Source of the DNA: a virus
DNA: 64,000 nt
Virus record (IMG/VR): IMGVR_UViG_3300032562_000016
Strand: one strand, 5' to 3'
The notes beneath the pieces are model-generated. The model did not search any database. It was not told the origin of the DNA and saw only the letters and a program-made list of their open reading frames with translations. The first letter of the stretch is position 1. The number at the start of each line of letters is the position of its first letter. Positions 1 to 9,717 of the stretch are shown here, piece by piece. A program made the translations under genes and the position numbers.

Positions 1-864
1 TTCAGAGTACTTAGCTTCATAGTACTTAACCATATCCTCTTCGCCCTTCATGAAGATCATTGCTTCGCGCATAGCTCCATATAAAAGCACGGGATCAAAG
101 TTATCCCCCAACCAGCTTGTGCCAGTTGAGTTGTTAATCGTTGCAACTGGAACGGAAAAGCCAGAACCAGAGCCGCCAACATAGGTAGACAATACGCTCA
201 ATGTATCTCCTACCTGGTAGAAGTTACCACCATTTTGCAGAGTAACTGAAGAAACCGTTCCGCCAGAACCAATCAAAATATCTCCATAAGCGCCGTTTCC
301 AGATCCGCCAGACAACGGTACATTCTGATAAAGACCAGGAGTATATGTAGATCCAGCAGTTACCGATCCAAGGCCAGTAATAATGCCTTGAACGATCGAG
401 GGCGGATAAAAGAAATAGTGCAGTTCTACGTTATAAGTATTTGTAGAATCTGGGGTAGGACCAAGAATACAAGATAACTCATTAGCATTGCCGTACTGAG
501 GGCCAAATATCGCATAATACTTAGGAACGCCAGTAGCATTTGGGCTAGGATAAGCTTCTCTAATAAAGTTAACGTCTTTATTAAGCAGATAAGTAAAAGG
601 TACAGTAGTATAGTCAGACGTATAAACAGCTATTGAATAAGTAGATAGCCAATCTAATGGCAAAGATAAATACTGATTCCCGCCGGTTAAAGTACCTGTT
701 ACGTTCTTACGGAGTGAGGCAAAATTAATCGTGTTATACACACGCTCCTCACACTGCTGAACGAATATAGGAATATTTGAAAGAAACAAAGACTCCGTAT
801 TCTCAGCATACGCTTGGATCGTGTTGTAGAGAGATTCGTAATTGATTTTCAGTCCCCTGGTGTA
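1..864 (-). CDS. Structural protein (tail/baseplate-like), 3'-partial in this window; the C-terminus runs off the left edge. Start is uncertain: the frame is open from 864, there is no in-frame ATG between 603 and 864, and the alternative starts are GTG at 741 and TTG at 789.
   Basis: Open minus-strand frame from position 1 up to the stop at 865-867. Translation is G/S/T/N-rich with an internal YNTI repeat, typical of virion proteins. It is not in the ORF track because it is incomplete. Confidence 0.4.
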
Positions 865-1182
865 TTACGCCATTGGTCCTCTGGACATAAATCCACGCTC
901 AGCAGCACCTGCGCCACGCATCTTTTGACCGTCAGTTTTTACATCATCAGCAGCAGGATCGCCCATGCTTACACGCATAGCGGCTGTTCTTGTGTTTTGT
1001 TGGCCAGCCAATAGTCTATTAGGATCTTGAGTAACAAAAGAATCCGTCTTAGGGCTAATCTTTTCGCCATTCATTTTGTGCGGTGCAGCATAATCTGATG
1101 CAGGAGCATCAAACTTACCTTTACCAACTTTAACAGCAGGACTGTTTTTAGTTGTGGGTTTTACGTTCTTTGCAATAGCCAT
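865..1182 (-). CDS. small basic (Lys-rich) protein
   Basis: ORF track: 105 aa, K/A/G-rich, no recognisable domain. It lies in a run of small basic proteins in the late block. Confidence 0.45.
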   Translation of the reverse strand: MAIAKNVKPTTKNSPAVKVGKGKFDAPASDYAAPHKMNGEKISPKTDSFVTQDPNRLLAGQQNTRTAAMRVSMGDPAADDVKTDGQKMRGAGAAERGFMSRGPMA

Positions 1183-1358
1183 TATTTGCTCCCAGGTTTT
1201 TGGTTGTGAGCACGAGCTAAGTTACGTCCAACAGCACGCATTGCTTTGCCAGTCACTCCACCTTTAGCCATTTTTTTGACGCCAAGCTTTTTCTCTTCAG
1301 CTTTGATCATCTTTTTAAAGAGCTTTTTGTCTTCTGCTTCGTCTTCATGTTTAGCCAT
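1183..1358 (-). CDS. small Lys-rich protein (58 aa, below the ORF-track cutoff)
   Basis: Manual translation gives MAKHEDEAEDKKLFKKMIKAEEKKLGVKKMAKGG.... There is a strong SD (AGGAG, 6 nt before ATG). Its stop overlaps the downstream start as TAATG. Confidence 0.45.
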
Positions 1359-1367
1359 TTTCTACTC

Positions 1368-1790
1368 CTACGTTATTGTTACAGAATTTACAGTACCTAT
1401 TGCCACCAAATAGTTTGGAGTTAACTTGCGATCAAAGCTACTAGCTCCTCCCACTGGCCTCCAACCCCATTGAATCACCCTGCTACCAGTCTCAGGATAT
1501 CCAGATTGTGTAACAACGTTACCGCTGCCATTCTGAACCTGTAATCCACTATTACCAGATCCGTAATAACTGATATCAGGCCTTGGTTCTCTAACAGCTT
1601 GCGGATCATTAACGGGATACAAACCAAGTTGTAACTGAGGCTGATCTTCTTCCCAGCACTCAGGACATACCTTGATATTAACCTGTTTTGTCTTGATTGT
1701 CAGCTTTGCTAACTCAACAAGTTTATACCTAAAACCACATCTATCACATTCGCTTATGGCCCATTTGCCAGAAGAATATTTACTAGGCAT
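1368..1790 (-). CDS. Cys-rich zinc-finger protein
   Basis: 140 aa; CDRCG...CPEC motifs. Starts MPSKY, as do several neighbouring genes. Confidence 0.4.
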   Translation of the reverse strand: MPSKYSSGKWAISECDRCGFRYKLVELAKLTIKTKQVNIKVCPECWEEDQPQLQLGLYPVNDPQAVREPRPDISYYGSGNSGLQVQNGSGNVVTQSGYPETGSRVIQWGWRPVGGASSFDRKLTPNYLVAIGTVNSVTIT

Positions 1791-2445
1791 TTAAATCACC
1801 TAAGTGCTCTGGATACCGTCTAATATATTCTTGCTGCCAAACATCACCGTAATTACGTTTCATATTTGAAATTCTTGCCGCTTTTCTTCTATTTTCTATT
1901 TGTTCTGGATTGCATTTATAACCTTTGCTATAAGCTTTACCTTTTCTTGATGCAATTGCTTTTTCTCTATATTCTTTATTTTCCCATAAAAGCTTAGTTC
2001 TTTGTGAACGTTTTTTGCATTCCTCATCATTCATTGACAAATTAATAGCAGCCGTTACTTTTGATCTATATTCTTTATCTTCCCACATTTTAGAAGATGC
2101 CTTGCCAACTTTTTCTTTATGCTCTTTTGTTAAGGTAGCACCAATAGGGATTCCTGCATATGCACTTTTAGATTGATTAAATTGAGGTTGTAATTTATCC
2201 AGAATAAGCTGTTCGTAAAAACGAATTAGTTTTGGCTCGCAAAATAAAACCATTTCAAACTTAAAAGCATCCTCGCCATATTTAATCCAAGAATTTTGTA
2301 AATGTTTATTTTGGTGATACCCGCCCCTTAAAGCCGTCTTATGCTGGTTAAACCTTCTGAAACAAAAACTTGAAGATCCAACATACCATTTACCAGATAT
2401 GGTATTTAGTATTTTATAGACCCCAGCTTTGTACTTACTTGGCAT
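1783..2445 (-). CDS. GIY-YIG homing endonuclease
   Basis: N-terminal GVYKILNTISGKWYVGSS...R...H...L..G.H.N..LQ..W.KYG..F.F is the GIY-YIG catalytic module. The basic C-terminal DNA-binding tail is typical of phage homing endonucleases. Confidence 0.75.
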   Translation of the reverse strand: MPSKYKAGVYKILNTISGKWYVGSSSFCFRRFNQHKTALRGGYHQNKHLQNSWIKYGEDAFKFEMVLFCEPKLIRFYEQLILDKLQPQFNQSKSAYAGIPIGATLTKEHKEKVGKASSKMWEDKEYRSKVTAAINLSMNDEECKKRSQRTKLLWENKEYREKAIASRKGKAYSKGYKCNPEQIENRRKAARISNMKRNYGDVWQQEYIRRYPEHLGDLNA

Positions 2446-2448
2446 AAG

Positions 2449-3378
2449 TTACCTCGAATAGAATAAATTCCTTGGAACCCAACGAATCGGAGCCGTCTCC
2501 CTGTCCTCCTGGGCGGCCAAGTCAAAAGCTTGTTCATAGTCCTGTTTCAAGAACAAGACCCTAGCTGGATCTACTTCCGGCTTTTTGACGCTAATCAAAT
2601 AAGCCAACCCTGCAACCATGCAAGGTATAAATCTAAATGGAACGTCTTGGATATTAACCCCAGTTCCAGCATCCTGAATCCTTCTCATTCTCCAGTACAC
2701 CATTGTGTAAGTGGTAGATGAATCTGGGCAAGGCCAAACAGTTACGTTAGGCAAATACTGTACATAAACTACTGCCCCAGCCGTATGAGAAACCGCAGTC
2801 GTGCCGTTCTGTCCACGGTAACAGTTTGTAATCGTATTGCCAGATATATTTGCGTACCCAATAATCTCGTTATCAAGCTGTATATAGCCGCTTGAGCGAA
2901 GCCCAGTGACGGAACTAAGGGTAAGAGTAGTATCTGTTGCCGCGCACGTTGTAGCGAGCGTTATAGTCGTTATATCTGAATTGCCAGTTTGACGATTAAA
3001 CCAGGCCTGAATAGGGCGTCCAGTCGTTAATTTGTTAGGTATAGTGGAATAGGTACTTTCACTAATACGGCTTAAATTAATATCTTGCTGATTGCTTGTG
3101 CTGGCGTTGCTTGTACGAGTAACTAAATCAAGAATATCTACAGTGTCATTTGGCACTGGATAAAAAGCCTGGCCAGGAACCAAAGTAACAACGCATTCCT
3201 CAACTGTCCACAAGTTAATCCCGCGGTTAGCCCATTCCACCGCCATAAGATTCATTGATCTTCTTGCAGTTCTTAGGTCATAACCTGACCGGGATTGAAG
3301 ACCACAGCGCTCATACGCCTCCTCTACTAACTCAGTAAAGTCTAGGTTAAACGCTGTAGATCCACTTGTATATGCCAT
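2449..3378 (-). CDS. structural protein (unknown function)
   Basis: 309 aa, S/T/N-rich, located within the late operon. Confidence 0.4.
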   Translation of the reverse strand: MAYTSGSTAFNLDFTELVEEAYERCGLQSRSGYDLRTARRSMNLMAVEWANRGINLWTVEECVVTLVPGQAFYPVPNDTVDILDLVTRTSNASTSNQQDINLSRISESTYSTIPNKLTTGRPIQAWFNRQTGNSDITTITLATTCAATDTTLTLSSVTGLRSSGYIQLDNEIIGYANISGNTITNCYRGQNGTTAVSHTAGAVVYVQYLPNVTVWPCPDSSTTYTMVYWRMRRIQDAGTGVNIQDVPFRFIPCMVAGLAYLISVKKPEVDPARVLFLKQDYEQAFDLAAQEDRETAPIRWVPRNLFYSR

Positions 3379-3551
3379 TACTTCATGCCTTTTAACGTCT
3401 CAGCCAATCTAGCACGTTTACCAATTGTGCCCGGCTTTTTAGCAGCAGCAGCAAGTTTCTTAGCTGGTATTGTTTTGCCCTTCTTGACACCCAACTCTTC
3501 ACGAAGAGCACCGGGCTTCTTGATGGCTTTTTGAATCCACTTCTCTGCCAT
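3379..3551 (-). CDS. small Lys-rich protein (57 aa, below cutoff)
   Basis: Manual translation gives MAEKWIQKAIKKPGALREELGVKKGKTIPAKKLAAAAKKPG.... Its stop overlaps the next start (TAATG). Confidence 0.4.
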
Positions 3552-3553
3552 GA

Positions 3554-3865
3554 TTAATTAGCAACATTAGCTGCTGATTGTTCCTGAGCAACTGTTTGTG
3601 GAGCTTCAACCACTGGTGCTACAACTGGAGCAACTGGAGCAGCTACAACCACTGGCGCTTCTACTGTTGCAACTGGAGCCACTACTGGTCCTTCAATTAC
3701 TGGAGCAGCAGGTTTAGCCAATCCTAAATGATCTTCAATCTTCTCAAGCAATGCTTGAGTTTCTTGAGTTATTGCGCCGTGAGCAGCCTCTTGAGTAGCG
3801 GCTACATGCTTAATCAAAGCATATAAATGCTCAACGTTTTCTTCAATATGCTTTAATAAGCTCAT
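3554..3865 (-). CDS. hypothetical protein with PV/AP repeats
   Basis: 103 aa; C-terminus has repeated APV(V)A units. Confidence 0.4.
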   Translation of the reverse strand: MSLLKHIEENVEHLYALIKHVAATQEAAHGAITQETQALLEKIEDHLGLAKPAAPVIEGPVVAPVATVEAPVVVAAPVAPVVAPVVEAPQTVAQEQSAANVAN

Positions 3866-4101
3866 CTATTTCTCCTGGTTTTAGCTGCTTCAATAAAATC
3901 TTGATCTGTTGGGGCGCCTTTAGATCCTGGCTTTCTCATCTTTGCACCACGCTTTTGTTTAGCATGTATATTGGCATAAAGACCAGTAGAGCCACCCTTT
4001 TTATAAACCTCTACATCGTTCGGATTATCCGTCCTAGTAATGGTCTTTTCTTTGGGCATCTTGGACGGGCGAACAGCGCCCATCCCACGGCTGGCCATCA
4101 T
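3862..4101 (-). CDS. small basic protein
   Basis: 79 aa, K/R-rich. Confidence 0.4.
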   Translation of the reverse strand: MMASRGMGAVRPSKMPKEKTITRTDNPNDVEVYKKGGSTGLYANIHAKQKRGAKMRKPGSKGAPTDQDFIEAAKTRRNR

Positions 4102-4292
4102 TTCTTTTTAGCCATTCCACCACCGCACATAGCTTCTACATGCTCATGGTGCTTTTTATGATCAGCCTTATGCTCGCCATAAATCTTATGGTGATGAATA
4201 TGACCGCCATCTTCCAACTTTTCCATCATGTGCACATTGTGCGTATGAACTGGAGTTGGCTCTTTCATTAATTGAGGATGATCGTTTTTCAT
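4098..4292 (-). CDS. His-rich small protein (putative metal-binding)
   Basis: 64 aa with about 25% His (HTHNVHMM...HIHHHKIYGEHKADHKKHHEH) and a C-terminal Cys. Confidence 0.4.
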   Translation of the reverse strand: MKNDHPQLMKEPTPVHTHNVHMMEKLEDGGHIHHHKIYGEHKADHKKHHEHVEAMCGGGMAKKK

Positions 4293-4301
4293 AATTAATC
4301 C

Positions 4302-4742
4302 TTAACAAAATTTACCACGAGTTTTGCCTTTTTGAGCAATACCGTCTGCACGAGCTGAAGCTGTTCCGCCAGAAGCCATCTTCTTAACAGTCTTGCCGCC
4401 TTTTTTCATGGTATTGACTGGAGCGCCGGTACCAATATCATTGCCCTTCATTTTAGGCATTTCATCACGAGTATGACCGCGCTTTTGAATAGCATGCTCA
4501 CCGTGCTTAATATCTTTGTTAGATCCCTTTTCTACGTCCTTAGACATAGTTCTTGGGCCCATTGTTTCACCGCCCATCGCCATCTTCTTTTTCATATCTT
4601 CACCTTTAGAAAATTTCTTGCCTTTATCGGCTTGACTAAAATCTTCCCCAACTTTCTTGGGGACTCCTACTTTCTTGGCGAACGAAGGTGAATGAGCCAA
4701 CGCCTCCATGAAATTGTGCTGAGCTTTAGACTTACTTGGCAT
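4302..4742 (-). CDS. Lys-rich basic protein; start re-assigned to the internal Met (MPSKSKAQ...)
   Basis: The track ORF 4302-4946 overlaps ORF 4732-5001. The internal ATG at 4742 has a perfect SD (GGAGG, 6 nt before ATG). Protein is K/G-rich (KGG-like repeats). Confidence 0.45.
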   Translation of the reverse strand: MPSKSKAQHNFMEALAHSPSFAKKVGVPKKVGEDFSQADKGKKFSKGEDMKKKMAMGGETMGPRTMSKDVEKGSNKDIKHGEHAIQKRGHTRDEMPKMKGNDIGTGAPVNTMKKGGKTVKKMASGGTASARADGIAQKGKTRGKFC

Positions 4743-5001
4743 TCCTAACCTCCATAAGTCTATCCAATTTTTCATCCAATCTATCAAAACGATCCAAGAC
4801 CCTTGTGATATCGGCGTGTACTTCTTGCTTTGTAACGTACTCTTTAGCAATTTCCTCTCGGGTTCTGTTAAGAAGGATGGTAACTCTTTGGAGTTCAGAT
4901 TTTGTTTCATCAAACTCCCTTTCCTTCGTCTTAACGCCCCAGGCAATTAAACCTAAGATTATTGTTAGACCAGCATTCCATATGGGCATAAACTGTTCCA
5001 T
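4732..5001 (-). CDS. small membrane/coiled-coil protein
   Basis: 89 aa; N-terminal hydrophobic segment (TIILGLIAWGV) followed by a charged helix. Confidence 0.45.
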   Translation of the reverse strand: MEQFMPIWNAGLTIILGLIAWGVKTKEREFDETKSELQRVTILLNRTREEIAKEYVTKQEVHADITRVLDRFDRLDEKLDRLMEVRNAK

Positions 5002-5418
5002 TTAACACTTCCATGCTTCTTTGTATTTATCCCACTCTGGCTTATCTGCCGAAGCATACAAATATTGCGCTGCAAATTCAAGTAGCGTAGGATCATCTCT
5101 AAAATGTCCTAAACCACGATTGCAATGATTACATAACATTCCACGAATTTTACCGGTTATATGGTCATGATCAACAACTAATTTAGTTTCATCTCCGCAT
5201 ATAACACATTCTTTTGTTGTTGCTTTAAGCTCTTTTAAAGCTTCATCCGAGATAACATCTCTATGTCTACCGCGGCAATTTTCATTTCGATAAGAAGCAC
5301 GGCAAGAACGACACCAGCTGTCAAAACCTGATTTAGTTTTATTGTGTAATGGGAAATTAACCGCATCTAAAGGTTTTTCCACTTTGCACTTGGTGCAGCA
5401 CTTAATTAACAATTCCAT
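5002..5418 (-). CDS. HNH endonuclease, T4 endonuclease VII-like zinc-binding type
   Basis: KLVVDHDHITGKIRGMLCNHCNRGLGHF matches the EndoVII/HNH signature (DH.H.TG..RG.LC..CN..LG), with additional Cys pairs. Confidence 0.7.
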   Translation of the reverse strand: MELLIKCCTKCKVEKPLDAVNFPLHNKTKSGFDSWCRSCRASYRNENCRGRHRDVISDEALKELKATTKECVICGDETKLVVDHDHITGKIRGMLCNHCNRGLGHFRDDPTLLEFAAQYLYASADKPEWDKYKEAWKC

Positions 5419-5642
5419 GCTTTTAAAGACAATGCTTTACGCGTTGACTCTCCTTTTTCGTCTTTCATTGGACCAGGCATACCACTCATCCTGGCGCAAA
5501 ATGAATCCTTCCTGGATCCGCCTTCAGGCTGGGGAGGCTTTAAGTTCATCCCTTCCTTTTTAGCGGAAGCTCGACCCTTAGCATTTAAGCCGCCCTTTGG
5601 GTTCTTACCCTCTTTGCGTTGCCATGCAGGGGTCTTAGCCAT
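5406..5642 (-). CDS. small basic protein
   Basis: 78 aa, K/G/P-rich. Confidence 0.35.
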   Translation of the reverse strand: MAKTPAWQRKEGKNPKGGLNAKGRASAKKEGMNLKPPQPEGGSRKDSFCARMSGMPGPMKDEKGESTRKALSLKAWNC

Positions 5643-6418
5643 TATGTATTTCCTGCGTCTGCTGCGTTTTTAATCAAATAACCTTCTTGCGAAACTGTCA
5701 AAGCCGCAGTACCGGTACTAACTTTTGCTTGCAATTGAATGTCTGTTTTTTCCGGAACAGCCCTAGGCATTACTCGCTGTGTATGGTAGTTGTTTGTAAA
5801 CGGAGCCACAACAGTAACGCTAGATACCCCTGCACTACTTGTTTGGTAGTTTTGATACGTTGCAAAACCTGCGGGGTTGGCGTTTAAGCTGGTGTTAATA
5901 TCAATCCGGCTCAAGTAGAACGTATATCCGGCGGGAACCGTGTAAATGCCCATCAAAGTACGACCATTACCTGCTGCAATCTCTGCATACAACGTTGTAT
6001 CTGATGTATCTTTTAGCGTAATGTTACCAGTAGGAGCGCCACTAGCAACTGCCATACTATTGATACGGAAATAAGACTTAACCGTAGTTACAGACGTTGT
6101 ACCATTAAGCTTTATATTTTCAGAAATTTGGTTGTAATTCGCATCCAAGCCGTTGATGGTTATCAACGAAGTTGCATCAGCACCTGTGTTAACAGAGCTG
6201 ACAAGATGCATTTGAATAGCAGATGACGGAAAAGTATAGGAGGTATTACCTTCCCACACAGGCACAAACGATGTACCTACCGCTGTTTGATAACCATAAA
6301 TGTTTAAAACACTATGACCATAAATTTGACCGCGTGCAACTTGCAGGTCAAATGGTTCCGTCTTGTTTTGACGTGTTGATGACGATATTATGCCGCCGCT
6401 AGATAACGATGTTGCCAT
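5642..6418 (-). CDS. virion structural protein
   Basis: 258 aa, S/T/N/G-rich beta-rich composition, in the late operon. Confidence 0.45.
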   Translation of the reverse strand: MATSLSSGGIISSSTRQNKTEPFDLQVARGQIYGHSVLNIYGYQTAVGTSFVPVWEGNTSYTFPSSAIQMHLVSSVNTGADATSLITINGLDANYNQISENIKLNGTTSVTTVKSYFRINSMAVASGAPTGNITLKDTSDTTLYAEIAAGNGRTLMGIYTVPAGYTFYLSRIDINTSLNANPAGFATYQNYQTSSAGVSSVTVVAPFTNNYHTQRVMPRAVPEKTDIQLQAKVSTGTAALTVSQEGYLIKNAADAGNT

Positions 6419-6430
6419 GAATAATCTCCT

Positions 6431-6459
6431 TAAAGGTTAAAGATAGGGGCCGAAGCCCC
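6431..6459 (-). terminator. Stable hairpin GGGGC-UUCG-GCCCC (minus strand) followed by a U-rich stretch; possible attenuating terminator or mRNA-stabilising hairpin.
   Basis: Perfect 5-bp GC stem with a UUCG tetraloop at 6446-6459, read directly from the sequence. The downstream U-tract is moderate. Confidence 0.45.
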
Positions 6460-6465
6460 TAGAGA

Positions 6466-7167
6466 TTAGTCAAAGTTACCGTATGGGTAAGCTGAGCTTG
6501 TACCAATATTCATGTCATTTTGGTTGTAACGCATTGTTACTTCAATTTGACCTGATGTTGGAGTTGTTAAGCCAGTGTTAGTAATTTTAAGTGTTACAAC
6601 AACTTGACCAAACCATGCTGGATCTGTACCAACTTGTGGGTTTTGGAAGTCTTGTAATGTTGCACTAGCATAAGGCAATTGTGAGCCAACATAAGTTGCT
6701 GTTCCACGAGTAGCTGAAGTGATTGCAGCCATCGTAGCATATACACCAGTAGATGTAGCAAAGTTGTTAGAAACATAAGGCTGAATTGAATTGGCTGTTA
6801 CGCTTCCATCAGTTGGCAATGTACCAACGTCAACAATCACATCAGTGATATTGCAAGAATAAGGAACATAGAAAACTACGCCGCGATAAATAGTACCCGT
6901 AGCGTCAGCAGTTGGAGCAGAAGCTTTAGTAGGTCCGCTATTACTAAATACGCCAGCTTGTGGGGTATAAATAGTAGCAATACTATTTGGGATGTTGTTA
7001 GACGCAACAAAAATACCAGAGCCGCCACCGTAGTTAGCAGTATTAGGTGTTGTTACAGAAAAATCTAATAGAGCCGTTTGAACGAGGTCTGTATAACCTA
7101 CATCTCTAATAGGTCCAAAACGGTTTTGCCCAGAAAGAATTGGGCCGGAAAATGTGGAACGTGCCAT
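6466..7167 (-). CDS. virion structural protein
   Basis: 233 aa, S/T/N/G-rich. Confidence 0.45.
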   Translation of the reverse strand: MARSTFSGPILSGQNRFGPIRDVGYTDLVQTALLDFSVTTPNTANYGGGSGIFVASNNIPNSIATIYTPQAGVFSNSGPTKASAPTADATGTIYRGVVFYVPYSCNITDVIVDVGTLPTDGSVTANSIQPYVSNNFATSTGVYATMAAITSATRGTATYVGSQLPYASATLQDFQNPQVGTDPAWFGQVVVTLKITNTGLTTPTSGQIEVTMRYNQNDMNIGTSSAYPYGNFD

Positions 7168-7266
7168 GACAATAAGTCCTTATGCAAAAGTTACCTTGTT
7201 AATCGTTGCATCGTCTGCTGGGCCAGTGGCAACAAGGCGAAAACTCCCAGATGCACAAATAATACA

Positions 7267-7857
7267 CTATTTTTGGTGTGAGTCAAGAAGTTTGTTGGAC
7301 TTTTTAAGATTTTCTTCTTGGGTGATTACTCTTAAATTCCAAGGTACATGGAGACCACAGACTTCAGGAGAAATCAAAGGAATGATATGGTCAACAACGT
7401 ATCGCTCCCCCGTCATTTTAGTTAATGTTTGCGCATGTAGGTATAGCTGGCGCATGGCTAATTTTTGTTCGGGGGTAATCCATTTAGGTGTGGCGTTTTT
7501 ATGTCTGCGCCTACGAACACTTACAAATGCTTTATAAAGTTCTGGATTTTGCGCTTTATATTTTTCTCTGTGAAACTTGCGTTGTTCTATGGGTCTCGCA
7601 GCAGCTCTAGCAATTACCTGTTCTTTATTACGCTCGTAGTATTCTTTCTTAGCTTTTTGCCCTGCATCGGACTGGTTGTACTGCTTAAAATATTCTGCAC
7701 GGGTTTCATTTCCTTTAACCCATTCAACCTTTAAACACTCCGTGCACGAGCCTTTAGTTTTGCGTAAAGCTATATGACCATGTTTGCACGGTTGTCCAGT
7801 GAAATAGTACTTACTGCCGGTTTTCTTTGCTTCTTCTCTTGTATTTGGGTATTCCAT
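7267..7857 (-). CDS. HNH homing endonuclease
   Basis: C-terminal RYVVDHIIPLISPEVCGLHVPWNLRVITQEENLKKSNK is the HNH motif. The N-terminus is a Cys-rich zinc ribbon. The gene is inserted between structural genes. Confidence 0.7.
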   Translation of the reverse strand: MEYPNTREEAKKTGSKYYFTGQPCKHGHIALRKTKGSCTECLKVEWVKGNETRAEYFKQYNQSDAGQKAKKEYYERNKEQVIARAAARPIEQRKFHREKYKAQNPELYKAFVSVRRRRHKNATPKWITPEQKLAMRQLYLHAQTLTKMTGERYVVDHIIPLISPEVCGLHVPWNLRVITQEENLKKSNKLLDSHQK

Positions 7858-7894
7858 ATTAAATCCTGTATTACGACACAGGTAAGTATAGCAT

Positions 7895-7922
7895 AAAAGA
7901 AAAGGGCCCCGAAGGGCCCTAG
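7895..7922 (-). terminator. Intrinsic terminator downstream of the capsid gene: GGGCCC-UUCG-GGGCCC hairpin plus UUUUCUUUUAU (minus strand).
   Basis: 6-bp GC stem with UUCG tetraloop at 7907-7922, immediately followed on the transcribed strand by a U-tract. This is the classic position for a strong terminator after a major capsid gene. Confidence 0.65.
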
Positions 7923-7945
7923 TTACGTTAAAAACTAATATTAAA

Positions 7946-8848
7946 TTAGTAAGAACCGTATGCGCCTAGTGGATCTGAGTATCCAAAAGAATAACGCTCT
8001 CTTGATTTGTAACGAACGTTCCCTGTATCGAAGTCCCCGTCCATAGAATTTTGCAATGGTGTACGAACGAAGTGCTTGAGGCCGTTAGGTACGTCAGTTG
8101 TCAAGAACCAAGCATTAGGCGCTGTCAAGAAGTGGTTAATTGTGTAACCATCTGGAACAGAACCATTGTTCTTGATTGCGTTGATATCGTTGTTGTTTGT
8201 ACCAACACGGAGTTCAGTTTCGAGCAAACGTGTTGCAACGAACTGGAGTGCTGGAGGAACAACCAACTTCTTAGGCTTAGCGGCGATCAAAAGCCCACGC
8301 TCGTCTGTCCATGCGGCGACCTGAATAACAGCATTTTCAAGGGCTGTTTCGTTCAAGTCAGCAGGAGTAGAAGGTGTGTTCGCGTTTGTACCGCCGTTCA
8401 CCAATGGGTGAGCTGTAGAGAACAAAGACTGACCGTCACCACCAGTGTAAGCGCCGTTGAAGCCGTTATTTAAAACAGCAGCAGCTTTAACTTGCTTGGT
8501 GTAAGCCATTGCGCGAGCAAGACCTTTTGTGTAACGAGCAGACAAGCTGTCATACAAGTTATCTTCAATAGCTTCTTCTGTTAAGGAAAAGCCAAGAGCG
8601 ATAGTCTCGTGTGTATAGCGAGCTGTCCATGCTTCTTGTGCATTGTCATAAGCGATGGCATTGCCCTCGGCCTTAACAGGTGCTGCAGAGAAACCTGACA
8701 GTTTTGTTTCTTCTTCGAATGAACGCTCAGAGGTCTCTGTTTCATAGATCTCTTTGTGTTCTTCGCCGTAGCGTGCGTACTCTAATCCAAACAATGCGTT
8801 CAGTCCAGGGAGCAGCTCTTTGAGCAGTTGTGCGCGTGAAATTGCCAT
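7946..8848 (-). CDS. major capsid protein candidate
   Basis: 300 aa. It follows scaffold-like and 278-aa genes and precedes a strong terminator. Composition is consistent with a major capsid protein, but no search was possible. Confidence 0.5.
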   Translation of the reverse strand: MAISRAQLLKELLPGLNALFGLEYARYGEEHKEIYETETSERSFEEETKLSGFSAAPVKAEGNAIAYDNAQEAWTARYTHETIALGFSLTEEAIEDNLYDSLSARYTKGLARAMAYTKQVKAAAVLNNGFNGAYTGGDGQSLFSTAHPLVNGGTNANTPSTPADLNETALENAVIQVAAWTDERGLLIAAKPKKLVVPPALQFVATRLLETELRVGTNNNDINAIKNNGSVPDGYTINHFLTAPNAWFLTTDVPNGLKHFVRTPLQNSMDGDFDTGNVRYKSRERYSFGYSDPLGAYGSY

Positions 8849-8861
8849 TTTATGTTACTCC

Positions 8862-9698
8862 TTAAACAGCGGTTGCAGTGTAATACTCATGTATACCGAA
8901 ATTCAATTTAACAAGAACTTCAGGATAGTTTGTAAACACAATGGTTGATGCGGAAGGAATAGCTGTTACGCCACCCGGTACTGCTGGAGCTACGTTTAAA
9001 GTTCCAGATGTTGCGCCGGCTGAAATAGCTGCGGTAACAAAAGATCCAGTTTCAATTAACTGTCCATTAGTTGCTAAGTAAGCTACGTCAGCACCTTGCA
9101 ACACGTTACCGTTAGGTCCGGTTGTCATAGTGATAGTAGTTGTGCTTGAGCTACCAACAGCAGAATAAGACTGAGCTGTATCGCGAACAATATCAACAAC
9201 ACGGATTGGGAATGTGCTTGTTGTCAAAGTTGCAGAGTAAAGCAATGCGTTAGCAGAATCACCAGTATTGACGTTACCAGTGTTGTTAATCATCTGGTAG
9301 TTTTGGCCAATCATGGGGATGCTTGCTGATGCAACAGTAGTTCCAGATGAGCAAACAACAGCTTTGAAAACTGTGTCAGGATCATCGCAAACAACTGCTT
9401 GTGCGTCACCAGCTAAAGTGCTTGCTGGCCAATATTGGCTGAAACGCTTTTGCTTAGTTACTGGGTCTGTATAGTTACAGCCAAGGAAAATACCAACCAT
9501 GCCTGATGCGCCACCACCAGTAGAAACTGATTGACGGTTTACAAAGCCTTGGGTAAGGTTAACAAAATCGCCGTAAAAAATACTGGTAGCGTAGCCGTAC
9601 TGGATAGGCAACTGACGAGTTGATCCAGAAAAAACTTGTCCACCAATAAGATTTACAGGCTTCAGGCCGTAAGGGGCCGATACTGTAGGATATGCCAT
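8862..9698 (-). CDS. capsid-associated protein (second capsid or decoration candidate)
   Basis: 278 aa, G/S/T/V-rich, directly upstream of the capsid candidate. Confidence 0.35.
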   Translation of the reverse strand: MAYPTVSAPYGLKPVNLIGGQVFSGSTRQLPIQYGYATSIFYGDFVNLTQGFVNRQSVSTGGGASGMVGIFLGCNYTDPVTKQKRFSQYWPASTLAGDAQAVVCDDPDTVFKAVVCSSGTTVASASIPMIGQNYQMINNTGNVNTGDSANALLYSATLTTSTFPIRVVDIVRDTAQSYSAVGSSSTTTITMTTGPNGNVLQGADVAYLATNGQLIETGSFVTAAISAGATSGTLNVAPAVPGGVTAIPSASTIVFTNYPEVLVKLNFGIHEYYTATAV

Positions 9699-9717
9699 TT
9701 AAATCTCCAAAAAAAGT

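Noticed and set aside
4302-4946. Full-length 214-aa ORF
   Set aside because: Its 5' third overlaps the separately supported 4732-5001 gene. An internal ATG at 4742 with a perfect GGAGG SD gives a cleaner, non-overlapping 146-aa gene.
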